Both the position numbers and the translations under genes were made by a program. A DNA stretch of 59,120 bases, filler included. It is 8 parts of 8 records of this genome, joined end to end, with 100 filler letters (N's around TTAATTAATTAA, not from the genome) between each part and the next. Parts side by side here need not be neighbours in the genome. Positions count along the whole stretch, not along the records: positions 31,688 to 40,484 come from SRR31147125_168603; positions 40,585 to 45,825 come from SRR31147125_168706; 6 more parts are not named here. The stretch is one strand, 5' to 3'. The first letter of the stretch is position 1, and every line of letters starts with the position of its first letter. Of the stretch, positions 32,294 through 43,600 are shown piece after piece. The notes under the pieces are model-generated. The model did not search any database, was not told where the DNA came from, and saw only the letters and a list, made by a program, of their open reading frames with translations.

Positions 32294-33304
32294 GTGATCC
32301 GTCAACGCAATCCTCTCATATATGGCCTGATACTGCTGCTCGTGGCGATCGGGACAGTCGTATTCGGCCGGGTGATCGTCTTTGCGGAATCCGGCAGCCT
32401 CCAGGCTCTGGTGACGATCTTCCTGGGCATCATCCTGGAAGCCATCCCGTTCCTTCTCATCGGGATTCTGGTCTCATCGGCAATAGAAGTGCTCGTTTCG
32501 GAGCAGCTTCTTGAACGGCTCATTCCGAAGAAGACGGTTCCAGCGATTCTGGTGGCTTCCGTCGCCGGCCTGGTCTTTCCGGTTTGCGAATGCGCCATCG
32601 TCCCCGTGGCCGGTCGGCTTGCGAAGAAAGGCGTTCCCCTGCCTGCGGTGGTCACCTTCCTCCTGGCTGTACCCATCATCAATCCACTGGTGATTCTCAG
32701 TACCTTCTATGCCTTCAACGGTCGCCTGGTATTCCTGTGGCTGCGGTTGGGTGGAGGACTGACGATTGCCGTACTCGTTGGCCTGGCAATATCAGTCCTG
32801 TACCGGAAAGGTTCGGATACCGCTGAGGTATACCTGTCGGCGAGTGAGACCTGCGGATGCAACTGTCACTGTGATAGTCACTATCAGGAATCCCGACTGG
32901 ATAAAGTCCGCTCCATTCTGAATCACTCCTTCGACGAGTTCTTCGATATAGGCCGGTTCTTCATCGCCGGTGCGTTTCTGTCCGCCATCTTCCAGACCTA
33001 TGTGCCGAGAAGCGCTATGCTCGGTGTCGGAAACCATGTTCTGCTGTCCGTTCTGATACTCGGAGCCCTCGCTTACCTACTCTCGGTCTGTTCCGAAGCC
33101 GACGCATTCATCGCACGATCGTTTCTCGGACAGTTCAGCCCGGGCGCGGTTACCGTGTTCATGACATTGGGTCCGATGATCGATATCAAGAACACACTGA
33201 TGCTCCAAAGCCGCTTCAATCGGCGATTCATCGTGATTCTGATAACCCTGGTCATCATTCTGAACATCGTTCTGGGTATGGCGGTTAACAATGCACTCCG
33301 ATAG
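32294..33304 (+). CDS. DUF318/YcgR-type permease
   Basis: EAIPFLLIG, FPVCECAIVP, P.INP, Cys/His-rich loop, LSVCSEADAFIA, GPMIDIKN. Confidence 0.88.
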   Translation: MIRQRNPLIYGLILLLVAIGTVVFGRVIVFAESGSLQALVTIFLGIILEAIPFLLIGILVSSAIEVLVSEQLLERLIPKKTVPAILVASVAGLVFPVCECAIVPVAGRLAKKGVPLPAVVTFLLAVPIINPLVILSTFYAFNGRLVFLWLRLGGGLTIAVLVGLAISVLYRKGSDTAEVYLSASETCGCNCHCDSHYQESRLDKVRSILNHSFDEFFDIGRFFIAGAFLSAIFQTYVPRSAMLGVGNHVLLSVLILGALAYLLSVCSEADAFIARSFLGQFSPGAVTVFMTLGPMIDIKNTLMLQSRFNRRFIVILITLVIILNIVLGMAVNNALR

Positions 33305-34076
33305 GACAACCGGGCGAATCGATTGGCTGACGCTTGTGCAATCCATCGTTCTGCTGGTGTTTGCGGTATTCATCGTCCATCTGATCGTCTCACAACGGCT
33401 GGATGGATACCTGCATCCCAGGATGCTCCCGTACATGATTTTCACCGCCGTGATATTCCTCCTCCTTGCCGGCGGTGAACTCTGGAGAGGGATGAGGAGT
33501 GAACACCGGGAACGAAGCCGCCGCTACGGGATCCTGCTCTTCATCGTTCCGTTGTGCCTGGCGTTTTCTGTCCCGCCGACGTCCATCCACAGAAACGTGG
33601 CGGAAACCAGAGGAACCAGAATCGGCGACTCGACAGTGGTCATGGGATCTTCCCGGAACGAGTCGGAAGCCGAGAGAATAGCCGGACCAGAGGATACTGG
33701 CGAACCGTCATCGGACGATTCGGTACTGCACATTGAAGCTGATAACTTCTTGCCCGTACTGATACGGCTTTACGAAAATCCTGAACTGGAGATTGGAAGA
33801 CGGGTCCGAATATCAGGATTCTCTGCCCATTATCCGGAATTGGGATCTGATGAGTTCGTTATCTCCAGACTGGCCATCAACTGCTGTGTCGCAGATGCCG
33901 TCGCCGTGGGCCTTCTCTGTGATTACCCTGATGCTATGGAGGAGTTTCCGGAAGGTGCGTGGTTCCAGATCGACGGTATACTCGTGGACTACCGTTACGA
34001 CGGAATTGACACACCGAAGATCAGGGTGGACAGCTTCCAGCCGATGCTGGAACCTGAAAATGTCTATGTGTACTGA
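33291..34076 (+). CDS. TIGR03943/YcgQ-type membrane protein
   Basis: YLHPRM, GRRVRISGF, SRLAINCCVADA, W..IDG, PENVYVY; coupled to the DUF318 gene. Confidence 0.85.
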   Translation: MHSDRTTGRIDWLTLVQSIVLLVFAVFIVHLIVSQRLDGYLHPRMLPYMIFTAVIFLLLAGGELWRGMRSEHRERSRRYGILLFIVPLCLAFSVPPTSIHRNVAETRGTRIGDSTVVMGSSRNESEAERIAGPEDTGEPSSDDSVLHIEADNFLPVLIRLYENPELEIGRRVRISGFSAHYPELGSDEFVISRLAINCCVADAVAVGLLCDYPDAMEEFPEGAWFQIDGILVDYRYDGIDTPKIRVDSFQPMLEPENVYVY

Positions 34077-34118
34077 AGGCTGGAAGACCGGCTCAATCCG
34101 ATCTGTTCGGTTTTCTGC

Positions 34119-35155
34119 TCAAGGCAGTGACAGAATAGCCGTTTCCAGTGCTTCGTCCTGGCCTGCAAGCAGATCGGTACTGTCGTTCAGGACAATCGTG
34201 TCCGGCACCAGTCCGACTCCTTCATAGAAGACTCCTGCGGAATCGGCCCATTGACCGATACTCAGGGAGTACCCCCAGCCGTTCGGCAGCTCTCTGTTGA
34301 TTTGATTGGAGAACGCTCCGGCGGTTGTATCGCCTATGAATGTCACGTTCGGTCTGGGTTTTAGTGCCAGTGCGAAGGTTTCTCTCGCACTGATAGTGAA
34401 TCGGTGGGTTAGGACGACAATCGGTTCCAGATACTGCGAATTGCCTTCCGGGCTCACCGTCCATTCCTCCCAGTCGGTAAAATCGTTCTCCTCGGGGCCA
34501 TTTTTTACCCGGGTTCTCATGTATGGATAGGCCTGATCCGTGAACCTTCCTGCAATATATTGACCTGCCAGATCCTCGCCACCCCAACCGCCGCGGATGT
34601 CGATGATGATGCCGGAGGTATCACCCAGGTGGCCAATAATCTCATCCAGGGTTTCTCCATTTTCCGGGGCATCTCCCCGAAACCTTCAATATGGAGATAG
34701 CCGATATCCGTTCCGTCAAGAATCCCGTATGTGTAATACGGCTCGGCGAATCGTTTCTCCGAGAGATAGTTGTCCGTAACAATATCCAGGTCGAAGTCGT
34801 CCATACTTGTAAGAGTTCCCAGGTAGCCGGACTGGTACCGGGGCAATCCCGAATCGACGGTTGGCAGGAGTCCGACATGGGAGTCGTTCAAGTTGCCCAG
34901 CATTGTGGTGAGTGTGGTATAGAGTTCCAGATCTGTACTGCTGGAGGTGACAGTGGGACGGTAGGTAGAGTACAGGGTATCCCAGTCGATGCCCTTGGGG
35001 GCAAAGAGACCGTATTTCTCGTCGAACTCCTTCCATAGGACCTCGAAAGTGGATTCCGGGTCGTTTGAAGCTACGTCTCCGAGCAGAAAGGCATCACATG
35101 AACAGGTGATGATGAGAAGGCCTGTGAGAATGATGCTGCTTATGTGTTTCTTCAT
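34119..35155 (-). CDS. S41-family peptidase lipoprotein (frameshift near 34652-34654)
   Basis: Lipoprotein signal, FEVLWKEFDEKY, LNDSHV, IGYLHI, IIIDIRGGWGG, TISARETF, IGDTTAGAFS, ELPNGW, EGVGLVPD. Confidence 0.85.
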
Positions 35156-35997
35156 GGTTCGTACCTGTAGGTGATGGCGATGGAATTCGAGTACTGCCGG
35201 AAGTTACGGTCGGGAATGTTGCCCAGATTCGACCAGCGGAAGCGATAAGTTCCTCCGAGCGAATGTCCATTCTTCATCAGCCATGTGTAACGAAAAGTCA
35301 GATCTACCTGCTGAAAACTCCCCAAACTTACCAATTCCGAACCTGTGATGATATAGGCGGTGAAGTAGGAATCCACAGGAAGGCTTGGGTCCAGAGTATA
35401 GGGCTGTCTGACTATCCAGGTGACGATGGGAAAGTTCAAAAAAACTTCGATTCGGGAACACGGACCGGGTGAGTATTCGTAAAACGCTTCCGGTCCCAGG
35501 CTCAGTTGGTTCAGGAACCAGGAATCGGCTCCCATGCCGGCGTAGCTGAAACGTTCGGAGAGTTCCGGTCCCAGGTAGAACTTGTGTTTGCCGGAGGTGA
35601 GTCGCCAGAGCCAGGAGAACTTCAATCCGGCGTTCACGTACGAGAGCCAGGGGTTTACGTCGAACGAGAATGTTTCTCCCGGACCCGTCAAGGTATCCGG
35701 ATCTGTCATTTCGAATGCTCTCTGCCCGAATCGAACCGATTGATTACTGCCGACCGCGGTATCAAGGGTCAGGCTCCACAAGTGTTTTGGTGTTGTTTGT
35801 CGGTAACCAACATCCAGCAGAAGGCTGTTTGCTCCGTAAACCAGAGGGGATGTGTTCTGATCCAGCATCCGTTGGTGCTCGTATCCCATCGAGAAATTCC
35901 ACTGCGAGCCAATATTCGAGGACTCTTCCGCGACCGCTGCGTCGGCGAGTGTGATCAGGATCAACCAGAGCAATAAGTGATACTTCAAAGAATTCAC
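35152..35997 (-). CDS. Putative outer-membrane beta-barrel protein
   Basis: GTG start after AAAGGA, signal peptide, D..TSPLVYG, aromatic alternating strands ending IAITYRY; overlaps the S41 start. Confidence 0.6.
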   Translation of the reverse strand: MNSLKYHLLLWLILITLADAAVAEESSNIGSQWNFSMGYEHQRMLDQNTSPLVYGANSLLLDVGYRQTTPKHLWSLTLDTAVGSNQSVRFGQRAFEMTDPDTLTGPGETFSFDVNPWLSYVNAGLKFSWLWRLTSGKHKFYLGPELSERFSYAGMGADSWFLNQLSLGPEAFYEYSPGPCSRIEVFLNFPIVTWIVRQPYTLDPSLPVDSYFTAYIITGSELVSLGSFQQVDLTFRYTWLMKNGHSLGGTYRFRWSNLGNIPDRNFRQYSNSIAITYRYEP

Positions 35998-36004
35998 AAT
36001 TCCT

Positions 36005-36300
36005 TTAAACAATTCTTTTGTCGTTTCTGTTACTTTTAGTATAGAAAAAACCATGAGCACAGCGATTGATGCTAGACTCGATGCCTTTGTTACATATGAC
36101 TTCGAGGCATCGAATAACCGCATGTTGAGTCTTCTCATCATCTTGGAAATCAGCAAGAGACATACCGGATGTAAGGGATAAAGTCAGCTCCATCGATCTC
36201 TGAATGTCATCCAGATAATCGCGGAACTCCCGTTTCAAAGGTATACAACCTCCGAGAGAATAGCTTTACCCAGAGGCGGCCGTCGAGTCAACTTCTTCGG
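36005..36300 (-). pseudogene. Relic MNT-HEPN (DUF86/HepT) toxin-antitoxin pair
   Basis: MNT-like tail PPLGKAILSEVVYL* overlaps the TTG of MKREFRDYLDDI...DEKTQHAVIRCLEVI, which then loses similarity and lacks RNxxxH. Confidence 0.7.
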
Positions 36301-36449
36301 AGAGAAAGTACGCTTGATCTGATCCAGGGCCGTCATACCTCATCTACCAATAAGGCATGGGCCAACCTATTGAACACAGGTATTTGCTGACGCCGATATC
36401 GATGCCATAAAAATACGGATCCAGAAGGCATATATGACTCTCATTGGCA

Positions 36450-37331
36450 TTACCCTTTCACACCACCGATCATAAGACCCGAGACGAAATGTTTTTGAAT
36501 GAAAGGATAAACGATTAGCACCGGGAGCATTCCCAATACCATAACGGCCATCTTTAGATTGTTATACACGTAATGTCCACCGCCCAGCGACTCATCGGCC
36601 TCGAACATAAGGCTGCGCAATACAACCTGAAGGGTGTACTTTCGACTGTCGTTAATGAACATAATTACTTCGAAATAACGATTCCAATAGCTGACGAAAT
36701 AGAACAGCGTAACAGCTGCAATCGCCGAAATTGCCAGGGGAACGACGATTTGGAGAAGAATCCGAATTTCGCTGCAACCATCCAGAGTCGCCGATTCAAC
36801 CAGAGATGTCGGAATACTTGACATGAAGTTCTTGAGGATAATCAGATTAAACGTGGATACAGCAACAGGCAGAATGATGGCCATGTGGTGGTTAATCAGT
36901 CCCAATGAACGTACGACGATGTAGAAGGGCATAATCCCAGCATCGAAAACCATCGTGAACACGATGATTCTCATTAAATGATTCCGACCGATCAGATCTT
37001 TCTGTGATAGAGCATATCCCAGCGGAAGAGTGATGGCCATGGAGACGACCGTTCCAAGGACCGCAACCAATGTCGAGTTCACAAAGGCCTTCATATAACC
37101 GCTCTGCAAGACTCTGGAATAATTAACGAAAGTAAATGAACGGGGTATCAGAAGGTAATCCCCTCCTATGACGTCAATATCTTTCGCGAAGGAGGTGATT
37201 AGCACATTCCAAATGGGAATGATGAAGACCAAGCAGACTAAGGTCAAAATCAAGGCGTTGATGATATTGAAGACTCTACGGCCGACAGGCTCTTTATGTT
37301 GTGGTAGATAGTTCATTGCTTTCTTTCTCAT
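36450..37331 (-). CDS. Carbohydrate ABC transporter permease (LplC/MalG type)
   Basis: IPTSLVESATLDGC EAA loop, YWNRYF, YPFIQKHFVSGLMIGGVKG. Confidence 0.92.
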   Translation of the reverse strand: MRKKAMNYLPQHKEPVGRRVFNIINALILTLVCLVFIIPIWNVLITSFAKDIDVIGGDYLLIPRSFTFVNYSRVLQSGYMKAFVNSTLVAVLGTVVSMAITLPLGYALSQKDLIGRNHLMRIIVFTMVFDAGIMPFYIVVRSLGLINHHMAIILPVAVSTFNLIILKNFMSSIPTSLVESATLDGCSEIRILLQIVVPLAISAIAAVTLFYFVSYWNRYFEVIMFINDSRKYTLQVVLRSLMFEADESLGGGHYVYNNLKMAVMVLGMLPVLIVYPFIQKHFVSGLMIGGVKG

Positions 37332-38263
37332 AGAATAGGTTCGTCGAGGAATTTGCTGCTGACCTTGTTTGTCCCGAACACCAAAAACATACTGATAATG
37401 GAAGTGAACATTCCAACAGCGATGGAATAACCGATGTCCCCTGCCAACACGCCCTCTCTGTATACGTAGGTCTGAAGAACGTCAGCAACGTCGTAAACCG
37501 CGGCATTGTACATCACCAGGACTTGTTCAAAAATCAATAAAACATGGGAGAGGTTCAATATGAGCATTGTGACAATGGTCGTACTGATCCCTGGTAGGGT
37601 TATATGCTTCAGCCGCCCCCAATATCCGGCTCCGTCGATTGTAGCCGCCTCATAGAGCTGCGGTTCAACAGTTGTAAGTGCTGCGATATAGATGACGGCG
37701 CCATACCCCATTTGCCGCCAAATGTACGAACTGATGAGCACTGGACGGAAATAGTGGGGATTGGCCATGAAGTAGATCGGCTCTCCTCCGAGGGCCTCGA
37801 TTATGTTATTTACAAAACCGGAGGAAGGGGAAAGCAAGTTTACGAAGATACTTCCCACAACAACCCAGGAGAAGAAGTAAGGAATATAAATAAGGAACTG
37901 AATGGAACTTTTCAGTTTGGCGCTTTGCAGTTCGTTAACGAGCAAGGCGACTATCAACGGAGCTGGGAAATAGAAAAGGATATTGGCCAGGCTGATTATC
38001 AGTGTGTTCCGAAAAGCATTCCAGAAGATACTGGAGGATAGCAGCCTTCTGAAATTGTCGAATCCAACGAAAGAAACTGTCGCCCTGAAACCGTAATCTG
38101 TGAAAGCCAGGCCCAGTCCAAGTAATGGGAGTAACTTAAAAATGGAATACCAGAGCAATCCAGGAAGCAACATCATCAGCAGCAGACGCTGTTTTCGCAT
38201 CTTCACCCCTAGATGACCTCCGAGCTTCAATGGCTTGTCGGGGATTGCTAGATCTTTCTTCAT
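37328..38263 (-). CDS. Carbohydrate ABC transporter permease (LplB/MalF type)
   Basis: FVGFDNF, AFRNTL, PYFFSWVV, LYEAATIDGA, DVLQTYVYREG. Confidence 0.92.
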   Translation of the reverse strand: MKKDLAIPDKPLKLGGHLGVKMRKQRLLLMMLLPGLLWYSIFKLLPLLGLGLAFTDYGFRATVSFVGFDNFRRLLSSSIFWNAFRNTLIISLANILFYFPAPLIVALLVNELQSAKLKSSIQFLIYIPYFFSWVVVGSIFVNLLSPSSGFVNNIIEALGGEPIYFMANPHYFRPVLISSYIWRQMGYGAVIYIAALTTVEPQLYEAATIDGAGYWGRLKHITLPGISTTIVTMLILNLSHVLLIFEQVLVMYNAAVYDVADVLQTYVYREGVLAGDIGYSIAVGMFTSIISMFLVFGTNKVSSKFLDEPIL

Positions 38264-38310
38264 GCTAACTCCTGGTTTGGCGATTTCTTCACTACATTTA
38301 CCCTCGGGGC

Positions 38311-40424
38311 CTATAACCGCGAGACTTTCAACTCACATACGGAAGATCCACTTGAGGAAGACCTTCCTTTGCCGGGCTGATGCCCCCCGATATACAAATA
38401 CCATTCTCCAGACGGCGATACTCTCGTGCCATTTCGACAGACAACAGTGAATGCACCTTCGGGAATTTCTATAGAGACTTCCTTTTGGCTGTTTCTCGGT
38501 ATAAAAGCTGTCTGGAATCCGGCCAATACCGGATTCGACGGGAAATCCGGATGGTCGATCCAAAGGTAGGTTTGGGCGGTCTCCCGGCCATCCATCGCTC
38601 CAGAATTGGAGATAACCACGGATACTGTCACCCCTTCTTTCCCTTTGTCATCCAGGTGAGTATCACTGTACTCAAAATGCGTATAAGAGAGTCCGAAACC
38701 AAAGGAGTACAGTGGTACTCCTTGATAGTACCGATATGTTCTCTCTTCCATCCGATAATCGGTAAACTCGGGTAGGATTGTCGCGGCCTTGTAGAAAGTA
38801 ACAGGAAGCCGACCCGACGGATTGAATTGACCGTAGAGCAATTCTGCGATCGCCTGGCCGCCTAGAGCTCCCGGATACCAGGCTTGAACCAAGGATTTTA
38901 CATCAGGATACTCGTCTATTTCAGGATCTATGGCTCCGCCTGAGAAGAGAACGACGATAATTGGCGTACCCAGGCGGGCTACGGCCTTCAATAGCTTTCT
39001 CTGGCATTCGGGCAGCCGGAGATCCTGTTTGTCACCTGCCCAGCCGCCGTTTCCATCATCATGCATCTCTCCTTCGACAGTCTCATCCAAGCCAAGGCAC
39101 AAAATGGCGACATCCGCAGCGTTGACCGAACATATTGCTTCCGATATTCGATCGCCTTCTTCTCCCAAGCGCTCAGTTCTGTCCTCGGTGAGATGACTCC
39201 CTTGGGCGTACAGAATGCGCGTGGCCGGAGAAAGATGAGCCTTGAGACCTTCCAGGACGGTGATATGACGACTGGAGGTTCCGTGATAATTGCCCAGCAA
39301 TGCTTTCCTGTTATCAGCATTGGGACCGATGACAGCGACTGTTGGAAACGCCTCTTCTCCCAATGGCAAGAAAGAACAGGAGTTCTGCAGAAGCACCAAT
39401 GATCGTCTGGATGCTTCCAGAGAAACTGCCGCATGTTCGTCCGTGTCGATTTGGTCGAATCCTATATTGTTATAGGAACATTCGGGGTCGAACAATCCAA
39501 GCTGATACCTGGTTGTCATCACTCGAGTACAGGCCTCTCGGATCCGATCTTCCGAGACGATCCCCTTCTCCAGGGCCGTATCTAAATGGCGATACATACT
39601 GCCACAATTGAGATCGCAACCGGAGTTCAGCGCAAGAGCAGCCGAGTCTTCTTCTGAGCTGGTTATTCCATAGGAAAGGTGCAGGTCTTTCAGAGCCCAG
39701 CAATCTGAGATGTAGATCCCGCCAAAACCCCAGCTTTCGCGCAGAAGAGATTGAATCAGGAAGGAATTAGCACAACAGGGCTTGCCATTCAGCGCGCTGT
39801 AGCCTCCCATGACTCCGTTTACCTTTCCTTTCTGCACACAGGCCTGAAAGGCTGGAAGATAGGTTTCAACAAGATCTTTCGGAGAGACGATAGCATCGAA
39901 TCGATGTCGAAGGGGCTCCGGACCGCTGTGAGCGGCAAAATGCTCACGCAAGCGGCCGTCTTCAGGTAAGTGCCGTCTCCCTGGAGTCCCTTGATGAAAG
40001 CGACACCCAAAACCGAAGCAAGAAAGGGATCTTCTCCGTATGTTTCCTGCCCGCGGCCCCAGCGAGGATCGCGAAAAATGTTCACATTGGGTGCCCAGAC
40101 TGTCAGGCCTTTGTAGATTCCCCGATCACCGATTTTTGATAAGGCATTGTACTTGGCCCTCTGCTCGGTCGACGTGATATCTCCGATAGTTCTCAAGAAC
40201 TCAGGATCGAACATGGCGGCAAGGCCGATAGCTTGCGGAAATACCGTCGCCGTGCCTGAACGTGCCGCTCCGTGTAGTCCTTCGTTCCACCAGTTGTATT
40301 CGGGGATATTCAGCTTGGGGATTTCTTCGGCATCAAAACGAAGCTGCCCAATCATTTCGCTCGTCGTCATTCGGGAAACGAGGTTCCTCGCCCGGTTTTC
40401 GGGAGCGTCGTGCTCGGACTCCAT
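38311..40424 (-). CDS. GH3 beta-xylosidase/glucosidase (frameshift near 39944)
   Basis: YNWWNEGLHG, FPQAIGLAA, NIFRDPRWGRGQETYGEDP, [K]HFAAHSGPE, ISDCWA nucleophile, AWYPG, PSGRLPVTFY. Confidence 0.93.
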
Positions 40425-40627
40425 ATGTTCATCCACTTTCTTTATAGATTGCACCGGAAACGAAATCTCCGGCCCAAAGGGCCGNNNNNNNNNNNNNNNN
40501 NNNNNNNNNNNNNNNNNNNNNNNNNNNNTTAATTAATTAANNNNNNNNNNNNNNNNNNNNNNNNNNNNNNNNNNNNNNNNNNNNGTGTGTGTGTGTGTGT
40601 GTGTGTGTATGAATTGGTGTGTTTCAG

Positions 40628-43600
40628 GTGTGCGTGCAACAATGGAGTAGAACTCTGTACTGAGGCCCCTGTGGAGAGTATCACTCCCGTGGCGGGTGAA
40701 GAACAGATGTTCGAATTGTCCACTCCCAAACGTACCATTCGTGCACGATGGGTGCTCAATGCTGCGGGGGTATCGGCCGATAAAGTCGAACAGATGGTCG
40801 GACTTCACACGTTCACTATTTGCCCTCGTAAGGTGAGAATGGAACCGAACCCAACACCCCCCTTTTCAACCATCCCCAAAGGGTGAAGAGTTCATTCTTG
40901 ACAAGAAGGGTCGGAACACATGCCTTGTCAATCGAATTGTGTTTCCCACACCCAAACCCAAGACCAAGGGAATTCTCTTGATTCCTACAGTTGACTACAC
41001 GTTGATGGTGTGTGAAGTCATGTGTTTCTTCAACTCATGTGTGGGAAACCAGGTGGGACCCACGGCCGAGAGCACAGAGAATGGCATGAACCTCGACACT
41101 ACCACCGCGGGATGTCACGCGGTCTTCACTGCGGTTCAAAAAATCTGTCCATCTATTCGTGAACGAGATGTTATTGCCTCCTTTGCCGGTGTCCGCGCTG
41201 CTTCGGACACAGAAGACTTTGTCATCGGAACTACAGCTGTTCGTGGCTTCATCAACGTAGCGGGTATTCAATCTCCAGGTCTTACAGCAGCACCCGCCAT
41301 CGCCGAGGACGTTGTGGCCCTACTCACGAAAGAAGGCTTGAACCTTGTCCCCACAAAGGCGTTCAATCCCATGGTGTTCCCCAAACCTCGCTTCTTCCAA
41401 TTGAATCCCGAGGAACAACAGGCCCTTGCCTCCCAAGACTCCCGCTACAGCCACATTGTTTGTCGATGTGAGCTTGTAACTGAGGGAGACGTTCATTCCG
41501 CTATTGATGAAGGTGCATGCTGCTTGGATGGAGTCAAATTTCGCACGCGCTGTGGAATGGGACGTTGTCAGGGAGGATTCTGCACATCTCGTATCCTTCA
41601 AATTCTTTCCGATCGGTACGTCACGCACACATTCTCCTCTCTCGCTCACCAACCTTTTCGGCACACGTGTAAGGTTGCGAATTCCAGTGAGTGAAGTGAC
41701 AAAACGTGGTGGTGAATCGTACGTGCTTTCCAAGAATGCTGTTGCCACAACCACGAGTCCAGACATGGAGGACCTCATGAAAACCGAGAATCCCTTTGAA
41801 GCCAATCCGGAACTCTCTTTCCAAACATTGTTCGATGTCGCCATCATTGGAGGAGGACCCGCAGGACTTGCTGCAGGAGCAGGCGCAAAGAAGGCCGGGG
41901 CTAAGAACGTACGTGGTGCCTGGAACATAACGAATGAAGATGCACACCGTTTGTTCCTCTGTGCAGGTTGTTATCTTTGATCGCGAACCGTTGGCGGGCG
42001 GTATCCTTCTTCAGTGCATCCACTCTGGATTCGGGCTTCACTACTTCAAGGAGGAACTCACAGGTCCCGAGTATGCCCAACGATTTCTTGAGGAGGCACT
42101 GGATGCTGGCGTGTCCATTTGCGCAAGTTCCTTTGTCATGGATGTGCAATCACAGGATGATGGGAGCAAATTGCTGCGTGTACTGGTCGGGAACGTTGGC
42201 ATCCGCACCATCTGCACCAAGTCCGTCGTGTTAGCCATGGGATGCCGTGAGCGCACGCGCAGTGCCATTCGTATCCCAGGAGGACGTCCTTCGGGAGTGT
42301 TCACAGCGGGACTTGCACAGAAATTTGTCAACATCAACGGACACATGCCCGGAAAGCGTGTGGTGATCTTGGGCTCTGGAGATATCGGTCTCATCATGGC
42401 ACGTCGTTTAACTCTGGAGCACTATAATGTTCTCGGTGTCTTTGAGATTGCACCCTATTGCAATGGTACGGCCAGGACGAGCGAGGTTTTTTTTTGTGTG
42501 TGTGCGTGCGTTCTCTGATGTGTGTGGCAGGATTGAGCCGTAACGTTGTCCAGTGTCTCCACGACTTCAACATTCCTTTGTACCTTTCGCGTACGGTCGT
42601 ACACATTCACGGCAAAGATCGTGTCGAGAAGGTCACTGTGGCTCCTGTGGATAAGAATTGGAATCCCATCATGGAAGGAGCCGAGGACATTGAGTGTGAT
42701 TGTCTTCTGTTGTCTGTGGGATTGATCCCCGAGAACGAGCTGTCAGAATCCCTGAACGTCGAAATCGACCGGCGAACCAATGGTCCCTTTGTGAATTCTT
42801 GCTTCATGACAAATCGTGACGGTGTATTCGCATGTGGAAATGGTTTGGCATGTCCTCTGTCTGTGTGCTGTTTTCTTACCCGCATTTTCATCCAGTTCTC
42901 CATGTTCATGATTTGGTGGACAATGTTTCTGTGGAGGGCTTAGCTGCCGGAGAGGCCGCTGCGAAATGGGCCGGGGGATGGGACAGCATCACCCTGGAGG
43001 CGGGAGAGAATGTGATGTATGTTCTTCCCGCGACAATGTCCCTCAACACCACCCAGACGATTTCCCTTCGTGTGCGCAAGGCAATGTCCCCCGCTTATGT
43101 TCATATTGGGGACATTGCGGTGGTGGAGGAGAGGCGAGCAATCCCTGCAGAAATGATTCGCGTCAAGGTGTGTCGTTCCGAGGCAAGGTTTCTGTACGCT
43201 CACACCTGCTTTATATACAGGTGAAGAAATCAAAGATTCAGCGCTGGTATGAAGGCAAGAAGCGTACCGGAGATGGAGGCGAGGGACGATTTGTTGTCAG
43301 GATCAGTTGCACAAGTGCCGCTCCTTCGCTTCCCATTGCCTACGAAAATGTCCCGGAAGCCAGTGCACATCGTGTTCCAGGGCCTCCCGCTGTCGAGCGG
43401 AATCGCCCTATGGAGCTGGATGAGAATCAGAAACTTGTGGAACTCATTTGTCTGGGCTGTCCCAACGGATGCGGGTTGGAAGTCCTCACAGAGGAGGGAC
43501 GGATTGTTCATGTCTCAGGATTCGAGTGCAAGAAGGGGATTGAGTTTGCTCGCCAAGAATTTGTGGATCCTCGTCGTCTCTTCTCAACCACAGGTACTGT

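Noticed and set aside
40585-40608. (GT)n tract, plus (GGT)n near 44060 and (ATCA)n near 48720
   Set aside because: These are ordinary intronic microsatellites; the GT tract probably explains the contig break.
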